Assembly (NCBI GenBank): GCA_951406725.2
Contig: OX597815.1
Location: 26,784,001-26,848,000, forward strand
Direction of reading: 5' to 3'
Source of the DNA: Octopus vulgaris
Taxonomy: Eukaryota
DNA: 64,000 bases
Below the pieces are notes generated by a model that saw nothing but the letters and a program-made list of their open reading frames with translations, was not told where the DNA came from and made no database searches. The position numbers were made by a program, and so were the translations under genes. Within the stretch, counting starts at the first letter, position 1; every line of letters starts with the position of its first letter. Positions 12,057-25,693 of the stretch are shown here, in pieces.

Positions 12057-15000
12057 TTTATTAAATTTATAACAAGGCATATAAATTGCTGTAATTAATT
12101 TCTGCTTAAGCCCCATCATACAAAATACCAGTATACAATTGGTGCAAATATTACAAGACATCTTAAGTGTACAAACTTATGCTTGCAATTCCAAAAATTT
12201 ATCCACTTTACTCTGAAAATACTTTTACATTAATTAGTTATTGAAATATATTGATATCAAATAAATTCCTTGCCTCAGCTTACAAGTTACTATCACAATT
12301 TTTCCATTTATTTCATCCATTTAAAAGTACCTTTAAATAGCCAGATTTGGCAATATTTTCAAAATTCAAAAATGATAGTCAACAAAAATAGGCAAAATAT
12401 GTCAATATTTGTATAGAATGCGGACTTGAACAAAATGTGTGGCTACTCAGAGTTTGCTAAGAGTTAATGGCCTCTTAATTGCATTGCTAAGTTAAAATTT
12501 GTCATGTTTTGTTCGTGGAGTTTATTTCAATATATTAAAAAAATTGTTTTTATATCCACCCAGTTTTAAGTATCAAAAACAATTCTTATGAATATCAGTT
12601 AAGTTTGGGGGAAATGCATTCATCAAATGAACAATACATAACTTGGTTGGGTTATGAGTTAGTGGAAGTCATATACTTTGAGCAAGACAATTCGATAGTA
12701 CTTGCTTAAATTACTGGTGCTCTCTTGTCAAGAAATTATCAAGATAATAAAACCACTTTCAAGAGAGTTTTATTTTGTTTACTTTTCACTACAAAGTTAC
12801 TACTTAATCTTGACAGGATTCGTTGAAAAATTCAAATTTACAAACACTTTCAGTAAATCATATGGCAGTCAATTCAAATATATTGAGTTATTGAAATAAA
12901 ACATTCAAATTTATTTAAATGTCTGATGAGAAAGAACAAACCACAGCTTTGAAGAATGTGACTAAATCACAGCAGAAACAATGCCAAGTCAGAAATTTAT
13001 ATAAATTTCAGACAAATTAATGTCTTGTATACAAATAATTTATTCAAAGTTAATATATTAATAAGAGTCATAGATAGAGGAGTTTGGCATGATGCTGGCT
13101 TACTAATAGAAAGATCAACATCTTTTGTTTAGTCACTAGTGCTGTGCATCTGAAAAGGTCAGTAGACTCAAAGTGAGCCAATTCAGTTGTCCTTTCATAG
13201 TGGGTGGTGAGAATAGTTCATTATTGTTAGCAACAAGGGTACTTTATAATTGGCTAGTGTTTTGTTAGCTTGCAATGATCTCAAATTTCCTCATGGGACT
13301 AGCAAAGGCAGTAGGAATCCTTTCTCCCCCTGGAAGATGGATATCCCTACTAAAGTCAACAGGTTTAACCTGCCATGGATCAATATCACTAGTTAAGAAT
13401 ATTCAAACAATGATGTATCGCACACTTTCATGTTAAAAATAAGGTAATATGTGACATGTTGATCTATTTAATGAGTATTTGAAATTTCAGATATTGCAAA
13501 CTCTAAAATTAAAAATGAAAGTTAGAAATCAAGGTATCCTAAGAAATATTTAGTCGGATGGCATGGATTATTTTACATGTGTTTATATGCCTCTTCATAA
13601 TTCTGAATATTTTATGAAATTAACTGAATAAATTCGATGTGTAAATACCAAAGAATACATGGAGAAATATATGTCCTTAAAAAGGGATAAAATTTAAGTA
13701 AAAACAAGTGTGGGTGTAAATTTGTTGGGTTCAGGAGTTGCGTTTGACCAAGTAGTTTATATCATTTCACTGTGGTCATAGTAAAAATATTGTATTCTCA
13801 CCACTAAATAGGTTGATACAGCTCACTACTTTAAGCAGTGAAAGAACTACATAAGCATTTCAATAATTGCTGCGTTTAAATTATGAGTATGTTGGGAGGT
13901 ATGGGTTTTGTTAGACTCACTAGCTCTAGTCACATTGCAACTCATACTTATGGATACTTAACCAGATGAAATATCAATCAAGTAGAAAAGATTAAGATAA
14001 CAGTATGAAAAATTTGTTAAATATTAATAATGATATTGAATATTTATATATCTCTGTAATATGAAACCTTTAAAGAAGCATCACATCTGTTAATTTACAA
14101 AATATGAAGCAAATTTTTATGAAAAATAATTTTGTAATAAAAATACACATTAATACTTCCTTTTGGATTAGCTAAAATACAATAAAAACCACTAGATCTG
14201 ACAAGATTAGAACCACATGACAATGTCTTGCTAGAACAAGATCAATAAAAGTTGGATTACACAAAGGAGGGGAAAAAATTCAACTTTTATCCTCTCAATA
14301 CCAAACCATAAGTATTTATGCTTAAATTAAAACCTCCAATTATAATTTTATGTAAGAACCTTTTGTTGTTTTTGAAACACCAAGTTAAAATGACAAAATT
14401 ATTTCACTGAAATCCTCCCAATTGTTGATTATATTCAAAATGAAGCACCATCAGTGTGTTTCAATTAGCTCATGAAAAAGGGTTAAAACATGGATTTGTT
14501 ATAAACTTGCAATAAAGTTTCAGTTAGAGAGACATGATGGAGTGAATTTTTAAACCAATTCCAATCAATTTACCCTTTTTCATTGCTCTTCTAAACACAG
14601 GAAATCTATATACTTAGAGTATCTAGCTTCTACAATAATATTCTGTAAGCCGAATATTAATTTTAGTCTTATATAAAGATTCCTTTCAAACATCTATGGT
14701 GTTATGCTTATTATAGTACAATTAATTTCACATAAACCATACTTGTTCAGTGTTCATCTGGAAGATAAATAGTGTACGAAATTAGACAATAGCCATATTT
14801 GATATGTAGACTCACAAGTGAAACCTCTGTAAAGGTCCAATAATATTTAGAATTTTGTAATCAAGTCAAAGAAATACTTTATATGACAGATGCTTGAACA
14901 AAACCCAGGGGTGAAGACAATATATACACAATCTAGGCAATTTAAAAAGACCATTAGATACCAGGTTATAATTTCAGCAGCAAATTGTTGACTAGATTAA

Positions 15001-18000
15001 ATACTGACCACTCACCTCACCACCTTTTAGCTTTCAATTTGAAGTTGCTTGTAGAATTGAAATATAAACATAATTGATGGCCACCTATTAATGTGGAAAA
15101 ATCCTTCCTATATTATATGTATATATTTTTTATAACTCATACAAAATTGTTACATTTTTGGGGAATTCATCAAGAATGTAGTACTAGTCCTGTAAGAGTC
15201 ACTAAATTAATATACCCTCTAATTAACATATCAAGTACCTGACTTTGTGGTTCTTTCCATTTCAAATGAAATCTCCAACTAGTTATATACATATGCATAC
15301 ATACACACACACACACAGAAGACATAGCAAAATAAGGTGCACTTCTTTTGCCAGGTAATCTCAAACCCCAAAATAAATCCTTGAAGAAATAACTTTATAA
15401 AAATACAATCCAAATCATTGACTAAATAGAAACCATCAACAGGGTTTTGGCCATATAAATAATATACAATGGAACTGTATTTGCAGAAAGAAGTAGATTT
15501 ACTTTATCTGCTCCAATTCACATAATATTATCTACTGTAAATACTTGTCATTTGCTGAAAGGTAGAACTTCAATAATGCAAAGCATATTTTCAGAATATT
15601 TACTCATTGACAATGGTTTTAATATTTGTGAAAAGATTTGAAGGAAACATAATGTAAAAATAACAGAGAATCAAGAAAAATTTTAGGAACAATACTGAAT
15701 TAGAAAAGGATTTCAATACCATTTATTATTATTATTATTATTATTATTTTTTTTTTCCAGAGATAAGAATTTTGTATATTTCGATGATCTTATTTGAATT
15801 GTTCATGTTAAGTTGCCAAAAATAAAAACATGCATAAATGGATAATGAGGTTTGGTAGATGGCTGAGCTTGAAAATCAACAAGTATAATACTTCTGAGAA
15901 ATGGATAATCATATGAAATGCGACTGAGAAAGTGGAAATTTATTATTGCATTGAAATCAATGAATCAAAGTTTTATGCAATGAAATATTGAATTCAAAGT
16001 TTTAAGGCATTAATATTTGATATAGTTTAGAGATTGTAATAGTGAATTTTATTTTTTTAAAAATCATGATTGTTCTAACTTTCAAGTATTGAATAATAAC
16101 ACTTATTTCTAACAGGTTTTATACATAAACTATTACATACATTGAATATAGAACCTAAGTGGAAGAAAAAAAAAAATCTTAGTCAAATCAAGTCTTCTTT
16201 GCCAAGTGTTGCTTAGTGATCTCAATTCCAGCATGAACTATTTAGAAACGAACTATATAACAACTCCAAAAAATTCTATCCTAAAATTCAAAGAAAGGTG
16301 TTAATAGAGCAGTGTATATCCTTGAAGCAAAGGATGATTATAGAATTTTAATTTAAAGACAAAAATCAAAATTTCATTTCTTCTAACTAATAGCATTTAC
16401 CACATTGAAGGACATGAGGCATTCTGCTAAATATTCAACAGCAAAGTTTCTGATCCAAAAATCCTTGCTATTAAATGGAGCCAAACTTTTAAATTTATAA
16501 AGGTCCAAGTCCAAAATATGAACAGAATGTACTGACAGAGTATTAAAAAGTGACAGCAAAATAGGGTTTATTATGTAGATGAAGATAATCATGAAATAAG
16601 GAGAGGGATTCATGAAAAGGGTAAATACAAATATGTAGATCTATGAGAAAATGAAAACTAATTTACGTTATAAATAATAAAATTTCCAGTAGCAGCACTA
16701 GAAATTTAGTTATTGCGATTAATGCAGGGACAAACTGGATAGACAGTATATATATATATTTTCTATAGAGAGCAAAGTGGGAGGCTTTTTTTTTTTATAG
16801 TTAATTCAAACATGAAAAGAATGTAATCTTCTACTTGGAAGAAGTTAAAGAGCCATTGAAAATCATAAAATAAGAAACAATAACTAAAATTATTTCTTCT
16901 TTGTTTTATTTATTCAAAATTTTACATTTGAAATAATGGCTCATGCCGGCAAGACGACCACATCCGATCATGCATTTATAAATAGCAGTCTTCAATAACA
17001 GCCTAACCAGCTACTTCAGATCCAGAGGATAGAATCAGAGGAATGTAACGATCCAGATGATTCATACTAGAGTCAATGTTATATGCTGCCATTGAAGATA
17101 TGCAAAAAAAGAAAAGAGTATCTTATAAAATCTATGAGGAATTGATACAAGTTCTTCAACCTGCCAAACTATGGTAGTTTAAGACTAATGATTTTTACAA
17201 GCACAGCTAATTTCTTTTATTCTTATAATTTTGAAGTGTGAATAACTATGCATATATATTTATTTTAGCAAGATTCCACAACAGTTTTCCAAAGTCAACA
17301 TCACTTAAAAAGAATTCCCAACTATCTTTTGTAATATGACTATACCAGTTGTAATTATTGTAACTTTTCCAGAATTATATTTAAAATTTTGTGCCACAAA
17401 TTATACAACACACACACATCCTAATCAACCAACAGTGTGTTACAGAGTAGACAGGCTTTGAGTAAACATGACAACTAAGTTTGCTTTTTACCTTTAATTC
17501 AAGTTGAAGAAAAATAAAGCAAAAGACAACTTTTTGTGTAATTAATATAAAAATATGAGGATTTTACATATTTTCACAATAAAAATCAGTTTTTTTTTTT
17601 GTGACAAGAAAAAATTTCAGAACATAATTTTAAAATAGCATTTCCCTAAGAAATAAAATTACATAACCAATAGTAATACTTTGAGGAGACAAAGCACTGA
17701 TTAGAATTTTTGTGGACATTTAAAAAAAAATTTTCACATCCATTTCCCTTTTGCAACAATAAAAATAAATCAACTACTATATGCCTTTTATATTAATGAT
17801 TAAATAATAGTTTCAAATTAAATGAGACTGGACATTTATTTTTTATACTAAGGCATTTTCAAGGTAAAACAAATGGGATTTAGTGTATGAATAAACCAAC
17901 CAATAAAGCTGCTCTATTAAATGAAATGTTAAAGTTAACAAAATTATAACCAATTCTAAATTTCACTAAAAACAACTGTTGAGACCCACAAAATATCTTA

Positions 18001-19501
18001 AGGTATGACAGGACATTAAATTTATAGGAATTTTATAAAATCAGCATTTATAACTTAATCCATTTATTCATAAAGCAATTTTTCAATATAAATTTTCTCC
18101 AGAAGCTTAAAATTTGAAATACTAAGGGTCACACAATTATCTATAGCACCAATAAACTAAAATTTGCCAAAAGAAAAAAAAAACCCCATCTATTTTGCCA
18201 CTAACAAATAACATACATTTACAACAAAAAAAAAAAAAAAACAGAATGAGGAGTTAACATAATTGTAAAACTACTTTCCAATGACCTGTACAAAACAGCA
18301 AACAAAGTATTCAAACATTTAATTTCTTGGAAAGTGAGAAGGATGTAAAAAAAATCTTATGATATACTGTCCATGTTTTAAAATGAATTTTTTTGCTTAA
18401 CTGTGAAAATTGAAGCAAAAATCTCCATTTGGGCTTAACATATGTCACCCCATAGGCAATTGTATATTTAACAAAAACTTTCTTTTGCATAAAAATATTA
18501 AGGTGATGATAGCAATGAACTTTATTAAGGGATTATCATTTAAGGTTTTAATAATGAAAGGAACAATAATAATATTAAATTTATCACATGTAAATGTGGG
18601 CATTAAAAAAAAATAGCTGGAATCCCCATTTGAAATAAATGTTGGGGGTGGGAAAAAAAAAATTACATTAACATTTTGAATCTAAAATTTCCAAACCAAT
18701 TCATTGTCTGAAACCCTAATTTTATACAGGCAAAATGGAAAGAAGAAATATTTTCATGTTACTCCAAATTTATCAATGAAGGGGGGGAAAAAAAAGTAAA
18801 TTATAAACAAAATGAAATTAAATTCATTCTTCTTACAATCATTCAAAATCAAAGTTTTACTTGAGATAATATATATATATATATTCTTTTCAGTTAAGTA
18901 ATAAAATAAAAATATTACATTTGATAAAATTTTAAAAATACAGTAGTATCTTACAATCTTCATTTCAAATATTTTGTAAAGCAATAGAGTTTATATATTG
19001 TGGAAATATACAAATTGTAAGTAATTTTCTTTTAGAAAAAAAAAAAAAAAAAAAAAAGCATATATATATAATTTACAACCATTTCATACTGTTTGAGCTC
19101 TCCCTTTCCTGGTCACATCTGATATATAATTTTATATTTATCACTTTAAAGTAATTCTAATGATTTACAATACATTGTTATTTGATAAATTCATTCATAA
19201 AGTTTCAATTTTCAAGAATTAAAGAATTTGTGAATCAAATATTTTGTTAAGAGAATGAGATAATTTGGAGTAGTTCATAAGCAAAGGTAAATTATATCAT
19301 GTATTTTTTTCACAATTTGAAACCAAGGAAAAAACTTTAATCCACTGGTTTATTAGTAACAGTATCAGTGATTATCTGTAATCAAATGATTTTGCAGTTT
19401 AATTTTTTCAGAATTTCATAGAAGTTAAAAATGTACTCCAAGGTTGTATTGAAAATTCATGAAATGTAAGGGTTTGATCTTTTAAATAAACTACAAATGA
19501 G

Positions 19502-19547
<46 letters not shown>

Positions 19548-22500
19548 CAACATGGTGAGTTTTTCCATGAAAATGGTTAAGTGCTCAATATGCACTCACA
19601 AAGTGTTTAGTGTCTGTGCATTATATAGTGCTTACAGCTATTTCTATTCCATGGTTTCTTGTTAGTACCAATAAAAGCTTTTGCTTCAACAATTATGAAT
19701 GTCCAATGAAAATCAAATTACTAGATAGTAGTATAAAATCAAGGTACAGACATAGCTACAAGCACTATACAAGATTAATTACTCAAACAAAAATAAAATA
19801 TGTGAGTAAAATAAAATGACAGTCCCTTATAGAAAATCCATTTTAACTGAGTTTCATAGGAATTAATCAAGATAATTTACACTGGTCAACAATGAAGTAT
19901 TTGAAGTAAATAATGATTCACCAGGTGCATGCTGAGTACAAATATTAAAAGGAGGTACAACTCAACATTTAAATTACTTGTTTCACAGAACCACAAATGA
20001 ATGTGTATGTTAAACTAAACCTAACTAGTACTCAAGGATATCAAAATAATAGTAGCGAGGTCAGCTTGATTTATGGGTATGATGTGAAGAATGAGTGAAT
20101 ATGGAAGGCCAGTCAGTCCATGGTGGTAATAAATTCCAGACTTTCAGTAGATACTTATCCAGAATGGCAACATTTTATTAAAGTTTCAGACCACACTGAG
20201 GGTAACAACAAAAAGAATTTATATTTAATTTCTATTAAATAGCCATTGAGAAGCCAAATTTATGATGGCATTAATGAGGTTCTATTACATCTGAAGAGTA
20301 TCCATTGGCATATAGGGATATAGCCAATCCATCTTTAGACCAAAGTTTATACAATTTTCATACTTGGTAGTCCTTCAACAACACACAAGTCAGCACAATC
20401 ATATGACCCCATACTTACAATGAAAGAACCATTAGATCTGATTTTTTAAAATCCAGACAGAATCTTTGCTAAACAGTGGATATTTCCCAGCAAACAATTT
20501 CATTATCATTTATATATCATTAGTGAATTCTACAGATCTGATGGAGAAAGATTTAGATAGAAAGGAATAAAAATCAACAATATCAAATTGGATAAATCTA
20601 GAATAATTTTTACTAATACTAAGCCAACTAATAACAGTTGGTATTGTCCCAATTTTTAAGGTTGACTGCTTTTCTAATAGTATTAAGGTTTTGTCCCATG
20701 ATTTAAAGTTAACTATATTTGGGGTTAGAAGCAAAATGGTCTTTGTAGTCTTTAGTGAGATATACAACTTTCATTTAATAAAACATTGGAATCAATTAGA
20801 TAATCGATGGAATTAGATAATTCTAGTAAGTTGTAATTTTTGCATCATGTTTATATTATTCAAATATGCACACTAGTTTTCTTATAGTTTTGGTATTATT
20901 ATTTAGATGATTTCATAGAGGATTTTACTTTTAACAGCATATATTTTTTTTCCTTTAGACTTCTTAAATCTCAGAAATCATGTATAAAAAGTTGAATTCA
21001 GAAGGTTTTAGGTTTGATGATTACTTAATTCAACACTAAGCTGAATAGTTATAATGTACTTTCAATAAAGAACCATACCGTATGTATGTATATGTGTTTT
21101 AATTTACAAGTATGAATTTTAGAAAATGTAACTGAAGAAAAGAAGCACTGTTCAGAATAGGAATATCAGAAGTTGACATCCACAAGAATGTAAAGTGTAA
21201 ACATTACAGTGTGTATTTTTAGCATATCTTATATATATATATATATATATATATATGCTAAAAGAGTAAGAGCATACATTTTACTGCATCGACTTAATCA
21301 TGCATAAAAATTTTAACATTTAAACAGGCTTGTTTACATATATTCATGTATATTGTATGCACACACAATTTCATGCCCCTGTCCTATAAGTTGTTCGAGA
21401 GTATTGTTTTTATTAGTATCTCCAAACATTAAATACGAGTGCAGGAATAGGGAGGTGAAGAATATTTATAGAGAGAAAAATGGATGGCTTATTACAATTC
21501 AGAAACCATTTCAAAATTTCATTTTCTGCTGTGAGACTGTATGTCTCAATGTCTAGAATAAAATGTTTCTTGCTCTATAGAAATATTAAGTAAACTGTTA
21601 GATGTTGACAGAAATCTTAAGCTCCCAGAAAATTAGAAAAAACTAATTTCTATATGTTCAGTTTAGAAATTGAGCTTTAATTGATATTGATTTGTTTTTT
21701 GTAACTCGAGGAAAAATGTGACATCAATCAAATATCTGCCACAAACTATTTTTTATACTTTTTTTATGAGTAGATCAATAAATGTTTTAAAATGGTGTTT
21801 TAGATGGTTAAAAAAAAAATGGAATTAACACTGCTCTTTCCACCAAATGAAATATTTTGCCCAATTTTCTTGAATTCATTCCCTCTACATGTTTTCCTGT
21901 TCAATTATCTGTCAGAATGCACAGTGAACATAGTTTATTAACCTTATTGTTATCTCCCTGTCTACAAAGGCCCGAGAAGGTCAGAGACATTTGCTGCTCC
22001 ACTGTAGCCTGAATGACATTTTAAAAAATATAATTGTTTTAGTTTCTTTCACTTAAAGTTAATAAAATAAGAGGAATATTTACTTGTGCATTCAATTTTT
22101 ATTTTTAAATATATATATGTACAGACTTTCAAACTCCTCAATCTCTAGTCTTTTGGGGTTTTTTTTCAAGAATATATCTAGTGTTGCCATCACCAAGAAT
22201 TGAACTGGAGAGGAGAACATCAATACCTTAATCTGCTAGGCTAAAGACCAATATGGTTTACCAGTTAAGTATAAAGAGGAATAATTTATATATTCCTAAA
22301 TTTTTACTGATACATATGAGACTATGGTCTAGAGTCTAGCAGAAGCAAGTTAAAGACTCGAGATTAAGCAGTTGAAAGATTGTATGTAACATATCAAATG
22401 CAAATGAAAATAGTCCTAATTTCTTTCACTACAGTTTAAGAATTGTTCAAAAATTGTTTAACAGTAAGTTTTTTTATGTCTTCATACCTTAATATAGGCC

Positions 22501-24186
22501 AACATTTTAATCTTCTATATACATATTTGCTTTGTTTTTTTTCCCTTTACCCTGCAATGTATATGGTTAATGAAATATTTAATACAGCTTTAGAAGCTTG
22601 CTTTAAAACTTTAGAAGTAAAATGATGAAACTGCATTTAAAAATGTTTTGTCATGCAGCAGATGCACGTTTTAATAAACAAAATTTAACACAACCCAGAT
22701 ATTTTATGAAATGAATATATAATTATGTAAGGCAATTTGTCACTGTTTTTTAGCAAATATTCATTCATTTGGGTAGAGATGGTCAGTTTCACAATATTCC
22801 TAATTAGTATTGGATTCTTAAAAATGTAACCCAAGATTAAGGGAAGGAAAATGGATATTAACAAGAGCATATGCAAAGCATAATTGATTTAGACTGACAA
22901 TCTCCTGTTTAGATACAAATCCCTTTATGTAAGATATAATGGTTCAGGGTCAAATAAACCTCAAAACATTTACTGCTAGAATTTAAAATGAAGTTACCTC
23001 CCAGCCGGACTACAGCTCAGTGAAACATTAAACATGATGTTATAAAGTATCTAGATTAATACTCAAACATTTGCACCAACTCAACATTCTCATACTCACA
23101 AACTATTTTTTGAGTAAATATACACTCACAGAAAATGCTGGGTTTCAACTCGCAACATTAATTGTTGATGCTAGAAAAACTGATTAAGATCAATAGCAAG
23201 ATATGCTTATTAAGATGCATGTCTCATTAATAATTGTTGTGCTTTAATCAATGAGATATCTCAGAACTTTTGTTAATCCAACAAAACTATTCAACAAAAT
23301 AAATAACATTTGAAATCAACAGCTGAATGCATAAAAGCATTTGAAATATAATTTTGTAAATCAGTAAGATTAAAATTGAATAATCCAAACCTATTATACT
23401 TTGGTACTTTCAATTCTTGAAGAATGAAGGGTGAAATCAACACCAACAGTAGTTGGGCACAAACGTCACACATGAAATTATGTGCATCATATCATCTAGG
23501 TCTTTTTACTTTTTAGTACATACTCCACCTCCCTAAAAATAATTTCATAAGCAAGCATAAAGTTTCATAATTGTAATAAATGATATATGGGAATCTGTAA
23601 GAAGTGAGCCAAAATAGGAATAGAAATGCAGTCATACCAGCAACTCATTTCTGAAACAGTTTTATTGAAACTTCATGTAATTAGCTGTTACTTAAGTTGT
23701 GTATAAAGATTTTTTTTAATTAAGCACAAAGCCTCAACAATGTAACAAGAGGATGGAATTAGGGAGCTGAAGCTTTGATTCCAAAAGACATTAAATATGA
23801 GAAGCTGAATGAAAATTGAAAAATCAGGTCATTGGTGGTTTGAAAATTTCTCACTTCATACACCCACTCAACAAAAATTTATCTTTTTACTCTTTGTATT
23901 GTATTAGCAAAGAGTTCTTGAAAGAAGAAAAAAGTCTGCTTAAACCAAGTTGAGAAAATAAGGTTCATGAAAAGACACAAGAAATGACAAAAAATTTCAT
24001 TGGTTTCTGAACCTTATTTTAACTTATAATAAATATTTTTAAAAATGTTTCATTTTAGAAAATTTGAATTATTCAACATACATCTTGTATGCAGAAATAT
24101 ATTATCATTCCATTTCATAAACATTTGTAATGTTTATATGTGTGAATCTAAGGTATATATTTTGTTTGTAATCTTTAATTCTCAGA

Positions 24187-24219
<33 letters not shown>

Positions 24220-25563
24220 GTACCTTGGTTTATTCTATCTGATTATAGCTTTGGCACTGAGCCACAAATTCAGGGAATGGAGAGTGGTTGGTTGAATCTA
24301 TCCCAGTTTTAGACAAGTATTTTAACAACACTGAAACATGGATGAAAGGCTAAATCAATATTAACAGGACTTTAACTATGTAAATGGATATTAACAAAAT
24401 AATACCCTATAATTATCTATCACCTCATGAATAGTTTAAGATATTTTCCCACAACTTTGCCCTGTTATTGAATATAAAGAATTCATGGAATTGTAAACAA
24501 CAACTGTGTTTATATATTGGCCTGATATTAAAAGGACCAGAGAAATAATGGAAGCTTCATCTACTACAATACAAAATGCGATTGTAAATGTTACAACTGG
24601 TGAGTGTAAACAAAGATCAAAACTAAAAGTAAATTTATAACAAACAAAGCCATACTAAATAGAGCTTAATAACTGGAATTTTCTCATCAGAAGTGACCTC
24701 CGCCAAGATACAAAAGATATTGGGAGAAGAAAACTGGGTTAAAAAAAAAAAACGTTTTTTTGTAAAAAGTAAGGAAAGAAAGTCTGAGGTTAGAAAATGA
24801 GTTTTTTTTCTTCTTCTAAGACTCAAGAAATCTACAGTACTGAAACTTCATAAATGCATTTAAGAGTCACCAAGTTAAGCAATGCAAAAGTTCTTAAAAA
24901 TCAATTTTTTTTTAATAAAGTTTCATAGGTTGAATAAACTTGCTACAGAACTTAAGAAAGCTATAAAACCTTAAATGTAATAATTCATCTTCAACACAGC
25001 AGAATGTTGCTCTAGTATGGAATAAATAAATAAAAAAGGAAACCCTGAGAAACATTTAAGAATCTGCATGCACACAGAAACACACATGCATACGTATACA
25101 TACACACTCAGGAAAATAAAGTTATGAATTCCCTTTATCTTTAAATGAGATATTTCTAAAGACTGATCACTTTTATTTATACACATATACATCTGAAGTT
25201 TCTCCTCAAACTATTACAAATTCTCTTAAATATTTTCACAGTAGATAATTTTTAACTAAAAACGAAAAAAGAAAAAAAGAAAAAATGACCTTACATAATG
25301 ATCCCCACGCACACACACACACACAAAAACTTCAGAGTAAAGAATTCCTTCCAACAAGATATTCTTGGCTATCGATCCTCAGATGCCTTTGCTCAGGGCT
25401 GTTACCATCGATTTACAGCAATAACATTAAAGTTGGAAGGACGGAACATTTTGAGAGATATTAATATTCATGGTTGCTTTCAGTTGACTAATTCAAGACT
25501 AAATGATAAATGCTTTTGTTTATGAATCCCCAATAGAATCATGGCATCTTTAAACAGCTATGG
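12057..25563 (-). other. Putative very long 3' UTR / downstream region of PATL1
   Basis: Follows the PATL1 stop; lacks the SINE/RTE copies that crowd the introns; minus-strand AATAAA at about 16905-16914, 13039-13044 and 12057-12062. Confidence 0.45.
20200..21050 (-). mobile_element. Decayed Penelope-like RT fragment
   Basis: Minus-strand peptides SRFIQFDIVDFYSFLS and GSFIVSMGSYDCADLCVVEGL resemble PLE RT motifs FIxFDIxxFYPSI and FDVTMGSxDGAEVCELVGL. Confidence 0.65.
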
Positions 25564-25693
25564 CTAATCCTCTAAATACACTGGTTTTTTTATTGAGCTG
25601 AAGTTTAAGTTGGAATTCTCAAAAAAGGGTTTAGCAATTGATGACATTTCCATAGAGTTCAACGTCTCAACAAAAGTTTGAGCAAATTGGGAC
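25564..25693 (-). CDS. PATL1: PATL1 last coding exon (W-SQFAQTFVETL...KPVYLED*)
   Basis: Acceptor TTTTTTCAG, phase 2, TAG at 25564-25566. Confidence 0.85.
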
